Below, piece by piece: positions 38,894-52,059 of a stretch of DNA of 64,000 bases. This stretch comes from Octopus bimaculoides (Eukaryota), in the NCBI RefSeq assembly GCF_001194135.2, contig NC_068983.1, positions 121,155,319 to 121,219,318 of the forward strand, in the 5' to 3' direction. Within the stretch, counting starts at the first letter, position 1, and every line of letters begins with the position of its first letter. The position numbers were made by a program, and so were the translations under genes. The notes below the pieces were generated by a model, which was not told the DNA's origin, did no database searches, and was given only the letters and a program-made list of their open reading frames with translations.

Positions 38894-39050
38894 TCCTAGA
38901 AGCAAAAAACCTGGTGCCAATGGATCCAAATGGATTAGCTGATCCGTATGTGAAAGTGAAACTTATTCCAGATGAATCAAACAAAACCAAGAAAAAGACC
39001 AAAAGAACAAAAGCTACTCTGAACCCTGTTTGGACTGACACGTTCACATT
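38894..39050 (+). CDS. PRKCA: Conventional PKC exon, C2 domain N-terminal half
   Basis: Acceptor tattttttccag, donor GTAAG at 39051; 157 nt, phase 1/2. Encodes (V)[51 protein letters not shown](F), with two Ca2+-ligand Asp (MDPNGLAD) and the lysine cluster. Confidence 0.97.
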
Positions 39051-39586
39051 GTAAGCTGGTTTATTACTTACAGAAATCTTCACTGGCTCTGATGCTCTCT
39101 GATTCCTATACTTTCTTCTCCCCTCTCTCTCTCTCTCTGCATACATAAATATATATATGTTATTATTATTATTTGTTAATAAACCATATGGTATACACCT
39201 GGTAGTTTGCTGGTTAAGCACATTCACTGGGTCAGTGATTGTTGGATATTTAATTAATGTGAGAGACAGAAGAGGGAAGATACAAGAATGTTTATTGATC
39301 ACTACAATTGTTTCAAACCATTTAGCATTGATCAATGTTAGATGGGTTGAAAAAGTTGTAGGGATCAATAAAGATTCTCATATCTTCCACCTTCAGTCTC
39401 TCTCATTAATNNNNNNNNNNNNNNNNNNNNNNNNNNNNNNNNNNNNNNNNNNNNNNNNNNNNNNNNNNNNNNNNNNNNNNNNNNNNNNNNNNNNNNNNNN
39501 NNNNNNNNNNNNNNNNNNNNNNNNNNNNNNNNNNNNNNNNNNNNNNNNNNNNNNNNNNNNNNNNNNNNNNNNNNNNNNNNNNNNNN

Positions 39587-41001
39587 GCCTCACAGAAGTA
39601 CTTCACAACTACACCAGTGAAGATGACTCAATAATAAAAAGCAAAAGTGAATACTGTCCTATAAAAGGCAGAAATAAAGCACTTGATGCTTTTTGTGAAC
39701 ACATTATCAATTTTCCTTTTAATACCCTACAAAATCAATGAATTAAATCCAACCTTAACGCAAATGAATGGAAAGACCTAATCAAGTTAAAAAATGATAT
39801 AAACCTCACCATTAAAGAAGCTGACAAAGGAAATACGGTAGTGGTGATGGACACAGAGCACTACAAAAATTTAATACTCTCCATGTTGGAAAATAATATT
39901 TACTATGAGAAGATAGTACAACACAACCACAGAAGACACTTAAAAACTTATCCTCCTTACTTCAAATACATGGAAAGGGCCTCACTAAAAATGAAATTGA
40001 CTATTTATCCAATTTTAAATACATACCTAGTCTATTCTATGGATTACCTAAAATACACAAAAACCTACATATTTGTAAAGCTTGCAAAGTTTCTCCAAGC
40101 CTATGCATTAATGTTCCTCCTCCTACTGACCTCAAACTTAGAACCATTATTGCTGGCCCTGCTTGTGAAACCCACCATTTGAGCAACTTCCTTGACATAA
40201 TACTCAAACCATTTCTAAAATATGTGAAAAGCTTCATCAGGGATGATTTAGACATGCTTAACCACCTCTTGAAGACAATAAACGAAGGAACCCTGTTAGT
40301 ATCATTCGATGTGGTGAATCTGTACACCAATATCCCACACAATTATTGTATAGAAGCAATCACCTTCTGGCTAGAAAAAATTCTTAAAAATACTCACTTA
40401 CATATCCACACATAACCCTAGAAACAATGAAGCCTTCAACATTATCATCCAAAATCTACCCATCCTCACAGAACATAAAACGATGAACAAAATTTTAGGC
40501 TCACACAAAATTATCAAAAGCAAAATGCAACTGAAATCATGGAAAAAAATATTAACCAGCACAAGACTATATCCATTAACAACGGAACCAAAAGTGAAAA
40601 AATGTGGTTGACCTAACTGTGGTACATGCCCCCACCTTCTGGAGGGTTCAGAATTCCACTTTAAACAAGGTGAAATATTTAAGATTAAATCAAATTTCAC
40701 CTGTGCCTCAGAAAACCTAATATATACCATTATATGCTTAGGGTGTGGTAATCATTATATTGGCCAAACAGGAATATCACTCCACTGAAGAACCATTCTC
40801 CCCAAAGAACAAATCCACCACCCACAATACAGACAGATACAAGTCAGTGAACACATAGAAAGGTGTGCTAGAAACCTTAATCCTAATTTCCTAATTTTCC
40901 CCTTCTATCAATGTTCACAGAACACCTCAGTAGAGCAAAGAATGAACAAAGAGGCAACTTTCATCAATAAATATCTTCCGCAACTCAATATGAACGCATA
41001 A
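39587..41001 (+). mobile_element. Penelope-like retroelement (partial RT + GIY-YIG endonuclease), internally deleted and pseudogenised
   Basis: IKEADKGNTVVVMD (39811), FYGLPKIHK (40035), SFDVVNLYTNIPH (40302). It then jumps at ~40380 to a linker plus endonuclease frame 40390-41001: CG*PNCGTC, NLIYTIICLGCGNHYIGQT, SEHIERC, ending LNMNA*. The 5' part is hidden by the 39411-39586 gap. Confidence 0.9.
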
Positions 41002-42931
41002 CTTAATACAGAACACTACTGACGTTTCAATTAATACCACTAACCCCCTAACACACCATTCACATTGCAGATTTATATCTACCCTAATTGCACCAAATCC
41101 AGAACTACTTACCTCCCCTACACAATCTTTTTACTCAAGGACTAGTAGACCCAACACCATTCGGTAATTGGTGCACATTCAAAGTGATCAGTAATTTTAC
41201 AAAACTCATATGCCTTTGAATCTCTTTAACAATTCACAATTATGACTTTTATTACTTTTATTCCGACCTCAGATCATCTAATTGTGTATATGTATTGTTA
41301 CTTTTCATAAAAAGCCGTTACTTTTTGTAATTTCCAGTGTGCATTTTCGCTTATTTTTCTTCTTACTTTCCCCTTACATTTCCACGTGTAGTTTCTATTT
41401 TCTTTTTGTAACATTTTTCTATTATATATATATATGTATGTATGTATACTCTCTCAACTGGCACTGAGATGTGAGAATCAACATGTATTTTCTACTCTTT
41501 GTGTGAAAAATCCTAAATGTTAAGTTTTATTTTAATTTTCATTCACCTGAAGAAAACAGTTTTTTTACATGATGAAATTAATTTGTTCATCAATAAGAGA
41601 AACATGCCTGAAACAATTGTAGTGAGCCTAAGCCCATTTGTGTCATTATACACACATACACGTACACACAGACACGCACACACACACACACATACAGACA
41701 CACACACACACACACACACACACACATCCCTCTGTTTATTTTACAAGCTGTATTTCAGCTTCTATAAAATGTTAAATCTGCTCTCATTGAGTTTCTCTCA
41801 CTTTTAAATCTGTTTTATTGTACTAAGTAACATGAGGTAATGTGTAGTTTTAATTGCACCAAATCAGAATGAGTTATTTACCATATTTCAGTTATTACAC
41901 ATACATACTTCCTGAAGAAACTCAGTTATTTTAATGCAAATTTGAAATTTTTATAGAATATTTTTATTATTCATATATTCTTTGGTATGGTCTGTATTCT
42001 TTCTCATTCATTAATTGCTAAACATAAACCCAGAGAATTTATTTAGGATATTGTTTCATTGATAAATGGCTTCACACTGTAAGAGTATTTCACTTTCTCA
42101 CTGCACTAAAGTTATCATAATAGCTTTTGTACAATCAGAAATTGTTTTAGAGCAAGCTAAGAAATATGTACTAATGCTGTGTCATGTGTAATTTTTCTCA
42201 AATAAGATGATCCAAATGAAAGTAAATAAGATCCAAATGAAAGTAAATTAAGGTGTTCTTTACAATTCTCCTTTCTCCTGATAGCAATATTTGAACAAAA
42301 CAAAAAAAAAATGATTAGGCTCTACATTTTGGCTCATTTCTTCAAGTAGTGACCAAATTTTCTGTAACAGATTTCCTAAAAATTGAGACCTTTCAAGCTA
42401 ATGTACAAGTTTCTATATTGTTTCTTACCCTGCTCCAAGTGGTAACCAATTCTCTTCTGATGAATTCCATGACTTCAAAATGGTGATCACTTGTTCTCAG
42501 TCTCTTACAATAAATAGAAAATCATCACAGATAATTGGATGTTTTATTCAAGTTATTATCTCTATGCTGTAAAATTGTTCAGATGGATCTAACCATTTCC
42601 AGAAGAAGGCAGTATTAGAATTCTATATAATTTTTTCAATCTGAAAATATAACAACCTTTCTGTACACTTCTTCCTGTCTTCAGAATAGTGACTATGTTT
42701 AGATTTAAATTTTATAATGGGATGTCCTAATGGAGATGGAAAGGTCAATATTAGAAAATCAAAAAGCAATACCAAGTGGTCAGTGTTTGTAACTTTGGAG
42801 AACCAACCCACACTAGATTATTCATTTATCGCTAAATATTTTTTTTTTCTCTTCTGTAATAAAAAGTACATTCATGAGATGATCTCTGAACTTAATTTGC
42901 TCTAAGGTTATTGATTTCTTTTCCCTTCCAG

Positions 42932-43163
42932 TGAAATTGCTCCAGAAGATATGTCCAAGAGATTATCTTTTGAAGTCTGGGATTGGGACCGCACTACACG
43001 CAATGATTTCATGGGCTCGCTGTCGTTTGGTATTTCTGAACTTATCAAAAACCCAGTAGATGGTTGGTTTAAATTACTGAATCAAGAAGAAGGAGAGTAT
43101 TATGGAATCCCAGTACCTGATGAACTGTCTCCAAGTATTCAGGAAATGAAGAACAAATTTGAA
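42932..43163 (+). CDS. PRKCA: Conventional PKC exon, C2 domain C-terminal half and start of hinge
   Basis: Acceptor ttttcccttccag, donor GTAATT at 43164; 232 nt, phase 2/0. Encodes [77 protein letters not shown]; the WDWD...ND Ca2+ ligands are intact. Confidence 0.97.
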
Positions 43164-43235
43164 GTAATTATCCTTGTCTTTTCTGTTGATTTATCTTGAT
43201 TAAAACATGACAGCGTGTGTGAGATATTTATATTA

Positions 43236-43548
43236 GTGTGGCGTAATGGATAGGAAATTTGGCTGATGATGATAGTCATGAGTTCAATTCCCAGAGGTGC
43301 ATTGTGTCCTTGAGCAAGGTACTTTATTTCATGTTGCTCCAGTCCACTTAGTTGACAAAAACGAGTAGTACCTGTATTTCAAAAGGCCGGCCTTTTTCAC
43401 ATTTTGTGTCACACTGGATCTCCCTGAGAACTACATTAAGGGTACATGTATCTGTGAAGTGCTCAGCTGCTGACACATTAATTTCAGGAGCAGGCTGTTC
43501 CATTGATTGGATCAACTGTAGCCTTGTCATAGTAACTGATGGTATGTC
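43236..43548 (+). mobile_element. Older SINE sharing the family-1 3' half but with a different head
   Basis: Head gtggcgtaatggatagg...gagttcaattcc...ccttgagcaaggtactttatttc, then gtacctgtatttcaaaag...gagaactacattaagggtac...gagcaggctgttccattgattggatcaactg as in family 1. Confidence 0.75.
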
Positions 43549-44722
43549 AGTTAGTATGAGAAACCAAAATTTTCTTTTCACATTTTAGAAGTAAACTTGG
43601 AAGTTATTGAAATTTACTTCCAAAAATGTTTAAAATCTGGAATAGTGAGTAAAAAGCCTAAAGGGGAAGATAACAAAATCTTAAGTGATTTCAGTCATGA
43701 AAATGAACATAGTTGTGTCTAAGTTGACTTAAATCAATGAATATTTTGTTAATAGGTTAATAAGACTGCATCTTAAGTAGATTTCAGTCAAATGGCATGT
43801 AGTTGAACATGGGTGGAGCTCACTATTACAATGCACATAGGCTACTCTGATCAGTTAACTTAGGAATTTGATCTCCTTTCCTTGTTACAATTATTTCACT
43901 AAAATTGATTGTGCCCTAGCAAAGGCATGAATTTTACAACCTCTTTTTTCTTCTCTTCATTACATATGAGATGGCATTCGGATGTCATCATCGTTTTAAC
44001 CTCTTTCATTGCCATATTTCTTGCAAAATACACTGTTTGTCTGTCAATTTAAGGGATTTAGTAAAATAACTGTCATTATTAAACTGATGTATAAAACATG
44101 AAAAAAGTTTCTTGAATAAAATCATGATGGAATGTTTTAACTGAAATTTGAAAACTTCAGAAGTAGAGATCTTTGTATCATAAAACCAGTGCAAACTCTG
44201 GCAGATTGTTTTCAATAAATATGATATTTGTGTGTCACTTCTTTCTAAATTAGAAACATAGTAGAGACAAAAAAAAAACATGATCGGACTAGATGTTATG
44301 TAGTCAGAGTACTACCCTATACTTCATACAGCATGCCCATACTTTCACATTGAACTGCACACAGCAATCAACTGCATGTCAGAGTGTGATCTTCAAATAT
44401 ACACAATATATCTGACATGTGTGAATCACACCCTTGTCATTTTAGTAACAGCCTGATTTACCATTGGTCTGCTAGGTCAGAGCTGGATGTGTGTGTGTGT
44501 GTGTGTGTTTGAGTACAGCTGTATGTATGTAATGTATAACATAGCTAATTAATGTTTGAAATTTAATGCTGATCCCTTGCTGAAAATGTTAAACTAATAT
44601 TGAGGGGCTTTCAAAAAAATGTTTGAAGCCAAGTACTAAACCAATGATTCAATTTTTGATTGCATATTTTTCACAAAATGCTTTATTTTATATACCGACC
44701 AGTTTAATTTCTAATTATTTAG

Positions 44723-44848
44723 AAACAACAAATTGCTGAGCGCAATCTTCCATCATCTTTGAATGATCAAAACATGAGCAAACAAGACCTCGTTCGTGCT
44801 AGTGATTTCAATTTTATGACAGTGCTTGGCAAAGGCAGTTTTGGAAAG
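44723..44848 (+). CDS. PRKCA: Conventional PKC exon, hinge (V3) and glycine-rich loop
   Basis: Acceptor taattatttag, donor GTAAAC at 44849; 126 nt, phase 0/0. Encodes KQQIAERNLPSSLNDQNMSKQDLVRASDFNFMTVLGKGSFGK. Confidence 0.95.
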
Positions 44849-47744
44849 GTAAACAAATGCTAAATGTTTCATATTTCACCAATGTCAGTTTTTTGGGGGT
44901 TTTTTTGTTAATTGCAGGTAAGACTAAAACTGAGGTTGATTCTTCTCTCTCTTCTTCATTGATCTTTCTCTCTTTCTCTATCATTTTTTCTCTCTTCTGT
45001 TCAAACCTAGAGTGGGATGGCCAGCTCCAACAAGTTTAAAATGCCTGAGATATGCCTTATGTCATAACAACACCCCTACAATTCTATCAGGAGTTGTGGG
45101 CCCAAGAAAGAAGGAAGAAAGGAAAGCCTTAATACCACTAAATTTTCAGTACTGACTCCGGTATCTACAAGTATTAAAAACATTATTTCAGAACTTTTAA
45201 GATGAGAGTTTTCAGTAGGATATCATTTCATGTTATATGCCATACATCAAGTTTATCAAATGGTACTCTGTGTCAAGCATATGTATAATATTTATAAGAT
45301 TGATATGCTTAAATCCTATTTGGTTTTTCTGCAAAAATATTATAATATTGGAGTTATAACAGGAAATATTTTTGGAAACTACATATTAACATCTTTGCAA
45401 GCAATTTTCAGCAGCTTATTGCTTCTCTCAACAGGTTGTAGCTGTCATGGGACTTGCTAAAGATAGCTTCATTCTACCGTTAATAATCTGTATTGAACAG
45501 TGATAGGTAGACCAAACAAATTTTCATGCAATAAAATCATATCTAATGTCAGCAATTCCGCTAAGTAGCTCTATATTTAATTTATGTATATTTTATTAAT
45601 TCAATTAAACCACATTTAGTTTAACTGCAAAAATATAAATTTTTTTTATTATTATACTCTTAAAGAAACTGCTTGTTTGTCTGTTTGAATTTTGTACATG
45701 TTTTATTTGTACATGTGTTGTTCTTTGTCCAAATAGTAAGGGAAGAATTCATTATCCTTCTACATTCCTGGAACTGGTATTGTTAGAATTTGTTTGTGAT
45801 TAATACAGTTAAATTTTAGTTCCAGATGCTGTAAGTTATTGGGGAAGGCAACATGTAATGATGACAGTAGTGACGGGATTCTTGCAGAAAGGTATGATTT
45901 TAGGGAATATGATTGGTCAAGATAATGTGGCTGCAATAAAATGAGTAAAGTGTGTATATTTAAATAGAGACAACATGAAGCAAGGTAGTTTGGCATAATC
46001 CACAATAGTGGTGCAATTGATGACAAGAACACAGTCTGTTGGGGAATCTATGATTTAAGATGATTTTAAAAAGTAGTGGTGGTTTTATGAATAAATTGGC
46101 TACTGTTTTACAGTGTTGGGAGACAAATTCATTGCAGCAGTTGAAGTGGAGGTGGTAGTAGGGGTGATGGTGGTGGCAGTGGTGGTGATGGAAATGTCTA
46201 ACTCAGTGTAAAACTTCAAATGAGCTCTTGGCTAACCTATCTTTTATCACTGTTCCATTTCCTTCCCACACAATTTTCTCAATGTTGAGAGTGCAAGCTT
46301 TGCAGACTAGGTAACTAGACATAATTAGATATTGAATGTGTAATAATCATGTTGGTGTTGTTATCAGCTGATCAGGAATATGGTAGCAGTGGAGGTGGGG
46401 CGGGCAGTAAGTTTCAGTTTTAGCGCAAAACAGTGTTAACAACCTCTCATCTTTCTCTTCTCTTCTGAATTTTTTTTTTCTTAGCATCTGATCTAATTAC
46501 ATTCTTTCTGGCATCGGCTGGTCTATTTGATAAATTATGAATTGATTTCAGGTTAAAATTGTTTAGCCTTGAAAGAAAAAGAAAAAAGTTAAATCCTTTG
46601 CATTAATGGAATTTGTAATAATAGATGGACCAGACTCTCACAAAATAAGAGATAACCTTTCATTGTTTCAATTTGTTGACATCATTTTCCATTGTCGAGA
46701 TTTGAGATTATAATATAGACTTAAATTATGATTAAGCAAAGTTAAATTGTAATATAGCAGAATTAAATTGACATTTAGCCGAGTTAAATTGTAATATAGT
46801 ATCTTTTCCCCCATCTTTATCTAGGTGTGCTGATATAGTTTCTGCTAAAAGTTTAGCGTAATAATAAAATTAGTGTACCAGTTTCAAACTTCACCAGAAG
46901 AGGCTGGTTCATTAGATAGCTAAACACCAATACATTGTACTGCTCTAATGACTGCCAATTCATGGTGTTATAAATTACTAACTCCCACACTCAAAAGAAA
47001 CAATGGTAATCTCCTCTTACTCTGTATGAAACATTAAGTCTGCACATTTTCGATTTTCCTTTTAATCCAACCAGAGCTATAGCAGGTTTTAAATGAAATA
47101 GAGAACCATCAAACTTCATCTTCAACCTTTGCTTGAGCAATTCTTTCTCTCCGATGCACTTGCCCTCATTTACACTGAAGACTTTGCTGAATCCCTCTGA
47201 AACTTTGTGTATCCACAACCCTACCAATGTTTTTTTTTACTTTTGGCACCGACCTGCTGATAATCAGACTAAACGTCAAACACCTTATTGAGTCAATAGG
47301 CCAGCAATGATCATGCTAATAGTTCCTTTCCTACTGACTAAATAACATTGATTTCTAACTGAAGCACAATTTTGAGGTAAGTATAGAGGTGATTAAACTT
47401 GCCTCCAGTAGATGACTGGTATGTTGCTTAATCAGCTCCAGAGAAAAGAAAAGCAAATTAGATCCTGGTAGGGACTGAATTCAGAATATAAAAGGATGTA
47501 TCTAAGTAACTGAAGCTATTAAGTGTGACGCTTCACTGGTTCTGCCAGACACCAAATTCATGAAATAACATTGGTTCTTAATATAGGCACTAGGGCTTGA
47601 ATTTGATGGTATTTGAAGTCATCAAAATTGATTACATATCAATTATAGTAACCCCAGCTCTTGACATGGGGCTAAACTACTGCAATTCTATTGATCTGTT
47701 TATGAATGTTGATGTTATCTATTTGCTTGTTTATTTCAATTTAG

Positions 47745-47972
<228 letters not shown>

Positions 47973-48525
47973 TGAGAAAATCTGATATGACTGCATGGTA
48001 ACAAGATATAAGTTTTGAATGTAGGAGTTTGTAGAAAATAGAGAGAAATGAGTGAGAACAATGTAATCTGTTAGATGTATCATATTAGCCTACATGACAG
48101 GCATAAGTCAAACCAGCTGTGATAGTCGCTGGATATTAGAAGTATCAGTTGATGTATGTAGGACAGATGAATGTATATTGGTATGGACTAATGAATGGAC
48201 AATGTAAGTCCTCAATGAAAATATGCTGTGGAATGTCAGTGGAAACTTTCAACTTGCTGTGGTATATTAAAATTTGCCCTTGAGCTAAGTTCATCGTAGA
48301 AGTGACATTAACTTTCAGAATCATTGAGCTAATTTTCAAAATTATTATTTCCTTTCCACATGAAACTTCAGAGTGGACTTTGCATTCATTTTGTAAATAT
48401 CTGTGTGCATTGTGATATACATATAATATATATACATGTATTGCAAGATACATATATTATGAATATTCCTATATTATATCATACATATATTACATTATTA
48501 TACATATATCAAAATGTACATATAA

Positions 48526-48979
48526 GACATGGCATAGCTGTATGGTTAAGAAGTTTGTTTCCTAATCACATGATATTGGGTTCAGTCCCAATGTGTGGAA
48601 CGGTGAGTAAGTGTCTTCAACTATAGTCCCCTTGTGAGTGTATTTGGTAGATAGAAATTGAAAGAGGTTCATTCTCTCTCTTTCTCTCTCTCCCCTGTGT
48701 TTGTGTGTGAATCTTTGTCTTGACATCATATAATAGTTGTAAATGAGCATCACCATCATACAAGAAATGTTATTTGTCCTCAATCTTTTGTGTAAACATG
48801 CCGGTAGCACATAGAAGCACCCATTTCACTCTCAGAGTGGTTGGCATAAGGAAGGCCATCCAGCCATAGAAAATCATGCCAAATCAGACTGCAGTCTGGT
48901 GCAGCCTTCCAGCATGCCAGCCCAGTGAAACCATCCAACTCATGCCAACATGGACAACAGATGTTAAATGATGATGATG
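48526..48979 (+). mobile_element. Composite SINE: family-2-type head plus (GAT)n RTE-type tail
   Basis: 5' gctgtatggttaagaag...gggttcagtccca...aagtgtcttc.actatag...gatttggtag; internal CT/GT microsatellite; 3' gagtggttggc.taaggaagg.catccagc...gttaaatgatgatgatg. Confidence 0.75.
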
Positions 48980-50680
48980 TCTGGTTATGGGGAAGTATAA
49001 CTGTGAATAAGGGAGCAGGAAGAGCATATGACCATAGAAAATCTACCTCTTAGAAAATCCTGTCTTATCCATGCAAGTGGATATTAAAATGAAAGCTAAT
49101 GATGATCAGTATATGTTGCTGCTTCATGTAGAAATCTAGGCAAGCAGGGTCACAATCACTATTGTGATAACAAAGACGAACAATGGTTTAAAATTTTTGG
49201 AGCCATTCATTTTCTACTAGTACATAACAATGTGCAGGTGTACCGCATGTATATACCGATGTATGGCAAGTGTACAGTAGACTACAAAATAAGAAAAATA
49301 CAAAATAAGACAAACTTAAATACAAAAATTACTTGAACAGGGTTTTACTGATATTTGACTTCCTGTATACAACTTTCTTGTAACAAAGTTTGATTACTAA
49401 ATACGTTCAACATATTTATTATGACTGACACACGCGGGCGAAAAGTACCGAATGAGAAAAAAAAATGTTGGATATACTGAAACACTTTCACCCATGGATA
49501 CACAATTATCTACATATCATTATGTGTCTCAGGTTAATGTAACGAAAACAACTAGATATATTTAAATTATCTTACAAAAACTTTGTCGGCTCATCATTCT
49601 AGAAGCAGCAGAAAATTAGTCACACTGGTACAAAGTCACGCCCGCAGTAACATAAAATAACCAAAGAAGAACATTCAGGGATGACAGCGGGTTTTCTGAG
49701 ATACAGACAGACACAAAAGGGACTCCGCCCTTTTTCTGAAAACCAAACAACCTCAATCTCAGTTGTGAAAACTAACACTAAATAGTAATACAGTAGACTT
49801 ATCGTTGGAGATAACAGTATACAAACTCAATGAGTGAGGCACACTAGATGAGTTTTTTACCACAATATGATAATTACAAGCAAGTAACTGGTTTGACATG
49901 ATTACTTTCCTCCACAATGACCTTTATCAAACTAACACTAGAGAAATTGGCTTCAATGCACAATTGAAGGTTATTTCATTTATTCTTTGCTTTTTCATGA
50001 AGAATAGCCTTGGTTGTTGTAGATTTCCTATGGTTCACTTGCTGGCTTACTATTTTTCCATTCATAAGATTGAAAAGGAAGTATCTACACAACTTAGAAC
50101 AAATACAAGATATTTTTGATTGAAAGTATTAGTTTGTTTTTGTTTTTTTTTCTTTTAGTGGGAGGTGGGAGGGCCAATGCCAGTGCTTATGTCCTTCACC
50201 GTTAAACATTGGCAAACAAACATAAATCATAATCATTCAGTGAATGAACATATTTCCATGCTTGCATGGGATCAGATGGAGATTTTTATGGCAGATTTTC
50301 TGTAGCAAAATGCCTTACCTGTTACCAACGCTCATTTGTTTCCAAGTAAGATAATATTTCCCCATGGTCAGACAAGTTTTTCTCTGTGAACTAGAGACAA
50401 ACAACAGCATCAAGCAAGCACTTTAAACCTGGAGACCCTGCAATAAGGTCATGGATGGTGAATGGGCCATTTGAAGAAAGTCAGAGTTGTGATGAGTTGC
50501 ATCCATGATTTTTGATCTTACATATGAAATAAACTGCTTTGAGACCCAGGTTTGTAATCAAACCTGGATCTTCAGTTTGACAGGAAGGTATATTTAGTAT
50601 GCTACAAAGGATGCCACCAATTCCTTTTTGAGATTATCATCATTTCTCAGGCTGCTTCTGTTTTATGTATCTTTTGACAG

Positions 50681-50772
50681 GATCGGTTGTATTTTGTGAT
50701 GGAGTATGTTAATGGTGGTGATCTTATGTACCGAATCCAACAGGAGGGCAAGTTCAAAGAACCTGTGGCAGT
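50681..50772 (+). CDS. PRKCA: Conventional PKC exon, kinase subdomain V
   Basis: Acceptor tatcttttgacag, donor GTAAGT at 50773; 92 nt, phase 0/2. Encodes [30 protein letters not shown](V). Confidence 0.97.
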
Positions 50773-51119
50773 GTAAGTACACTTCAGTTTCTTTTTGTTT
50801 TGGGATTTTTTTAATATAATATTTTAATGTTACTGCAATACATCTGTGTATATGGTCACTGTATTGTGCTGTAAACTCTTGCTATAATGCAATGTTTTAT
50901 TTCTGTATTCTACTGTTATGTTACAATGATATTATTGTTACTTTAATGTGACTGTAGTGTTATGTTATTGTATTGTGTTGTTATACCATTATTGTACTAC
51001 AAAAATTTGTTACAGTAGTGTTGTGTTACCATGTTAATAGTCTTACTGTAAGATTGTGTCACTCCGTATTGCTGCTACATTGTATTGCTATAATACTTCT
51101 GAGGAAGGATAATAAAGTT

Positions 51120-51420
51120 AAGACTCCACTACCTAGAACAAAGGTGGGAAAGACATGCAAACTTTGGCATTGAAAGTTACAACAAACACCAGAAAAGGGC
51201 ATCACAGCATAGTTGCAAAGATCACAACATTGCTAGGACCAGACGCTGCAAAATCTTAGATTTCAAGGGCTTACAGCTCTTCAGTATCCTCCTCCAAAAC
51301 TTGAGAGACCTATATCGGGTGGATGTAGGTGTCTTCAAAACTGGATCTCCTCAAGAGTTCTAGGTAAACCAACCTCATGGTAGGAAGCACAAATGAGGGC
51401 AACAACCTCAAACTTCCTCA
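51120..51420 (+). mobile_element. CR1-type LINE 3' fragment
   Basis: Encodes FKGLQLFSILLQNLRDLYRVDVGVFK, resembling the CR1/L2 ORF2 end motif GPxLFNxLPxxLRDL....FK..LD. Confidence 0.55.
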
Positions 51421-51849
51421 CTCACCAAATACCACATATCAGAGGAAGATTTCAAGTAATGAAAGTGTTGTAAAACTAACAGCGGTGCCCCAGCATGGCT
51501 GCAGCTTGCAAGCTAAAACTAGTAAAAGAATAAGAGTACCATACTATTACTGTTATTGTACTGTTGTTTTAAATGCATGGCTGAGTGAATAAGTAGTTCA
51601 ATTCTCAATCAAATGGTCAAGAGTTTTAATTCCACTGCATGGCATCTTTGTCAAGTGTCATTTACTTTAGTCTTGAATCAACCCATGCCTTGTAAGTGAA
51701 ATTGGATAGAGAGAAAAATGTATAAAAGCCTGTTGGATGAATTGTACCTGTAATTCAAAGGTCCAGCTATGTCATACTGTGTTACCTTGATTCTGTCTAA
51801 GAATTTCATTAAGTATACAAGTGTCTGTGGAATTTTCAGCCATTTTTAA

Positions 51850-52059
51850 CCCTTGGCTGGAAGCACCTCTGGCTTTGTAGTACAAATGTCTTGTTTTCAT
51901 AAGTTTTGAATTAAAATCTTCCACCAAACCTTAGTTACAGTTTATGTTCTTAACACTAACTTAATGATAACGAAGTTAATTTTACTAACTTCTTTGTTAT
52001 ATTTAAAACTAATTGAAAGAAACACAGAGCATCTCAAAATAAATCAGATAATGAAAGGG
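51850..52059. mobile_element. piggyBac-type MITE
   Basis: TTAA (51846-51849) + CCCTT ... AAGGG + TTAA (52060-52063). Confidence 0.75.

Noticed and set aside
40609-40788. In-frame TGA codons in the Penelope endonuclease frame as selenocysteine (reported for some Naiad PLEs)
   Set aside because: Both TGAs (40609, 40786) fall at non-Cys positions best explained as CGA(Arg)->TGA deamination; all motif cysteines are TGT/TGC and no SECIS was recognised.
41464-41487. Hammerhead-like remnant ctgaGATgtgagaATCaacatgta downstream of the Penelope element
   Set aside because: The core lacks bases (no full CUGANGA or GAAA) and no stem I pairing exists; at most a decayed relic.
50646-50680. Alternative acceptor (ctcag) 30 nt upstream of the 50681 exon
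   Set aside because: The extension contains an in-frame TGA.
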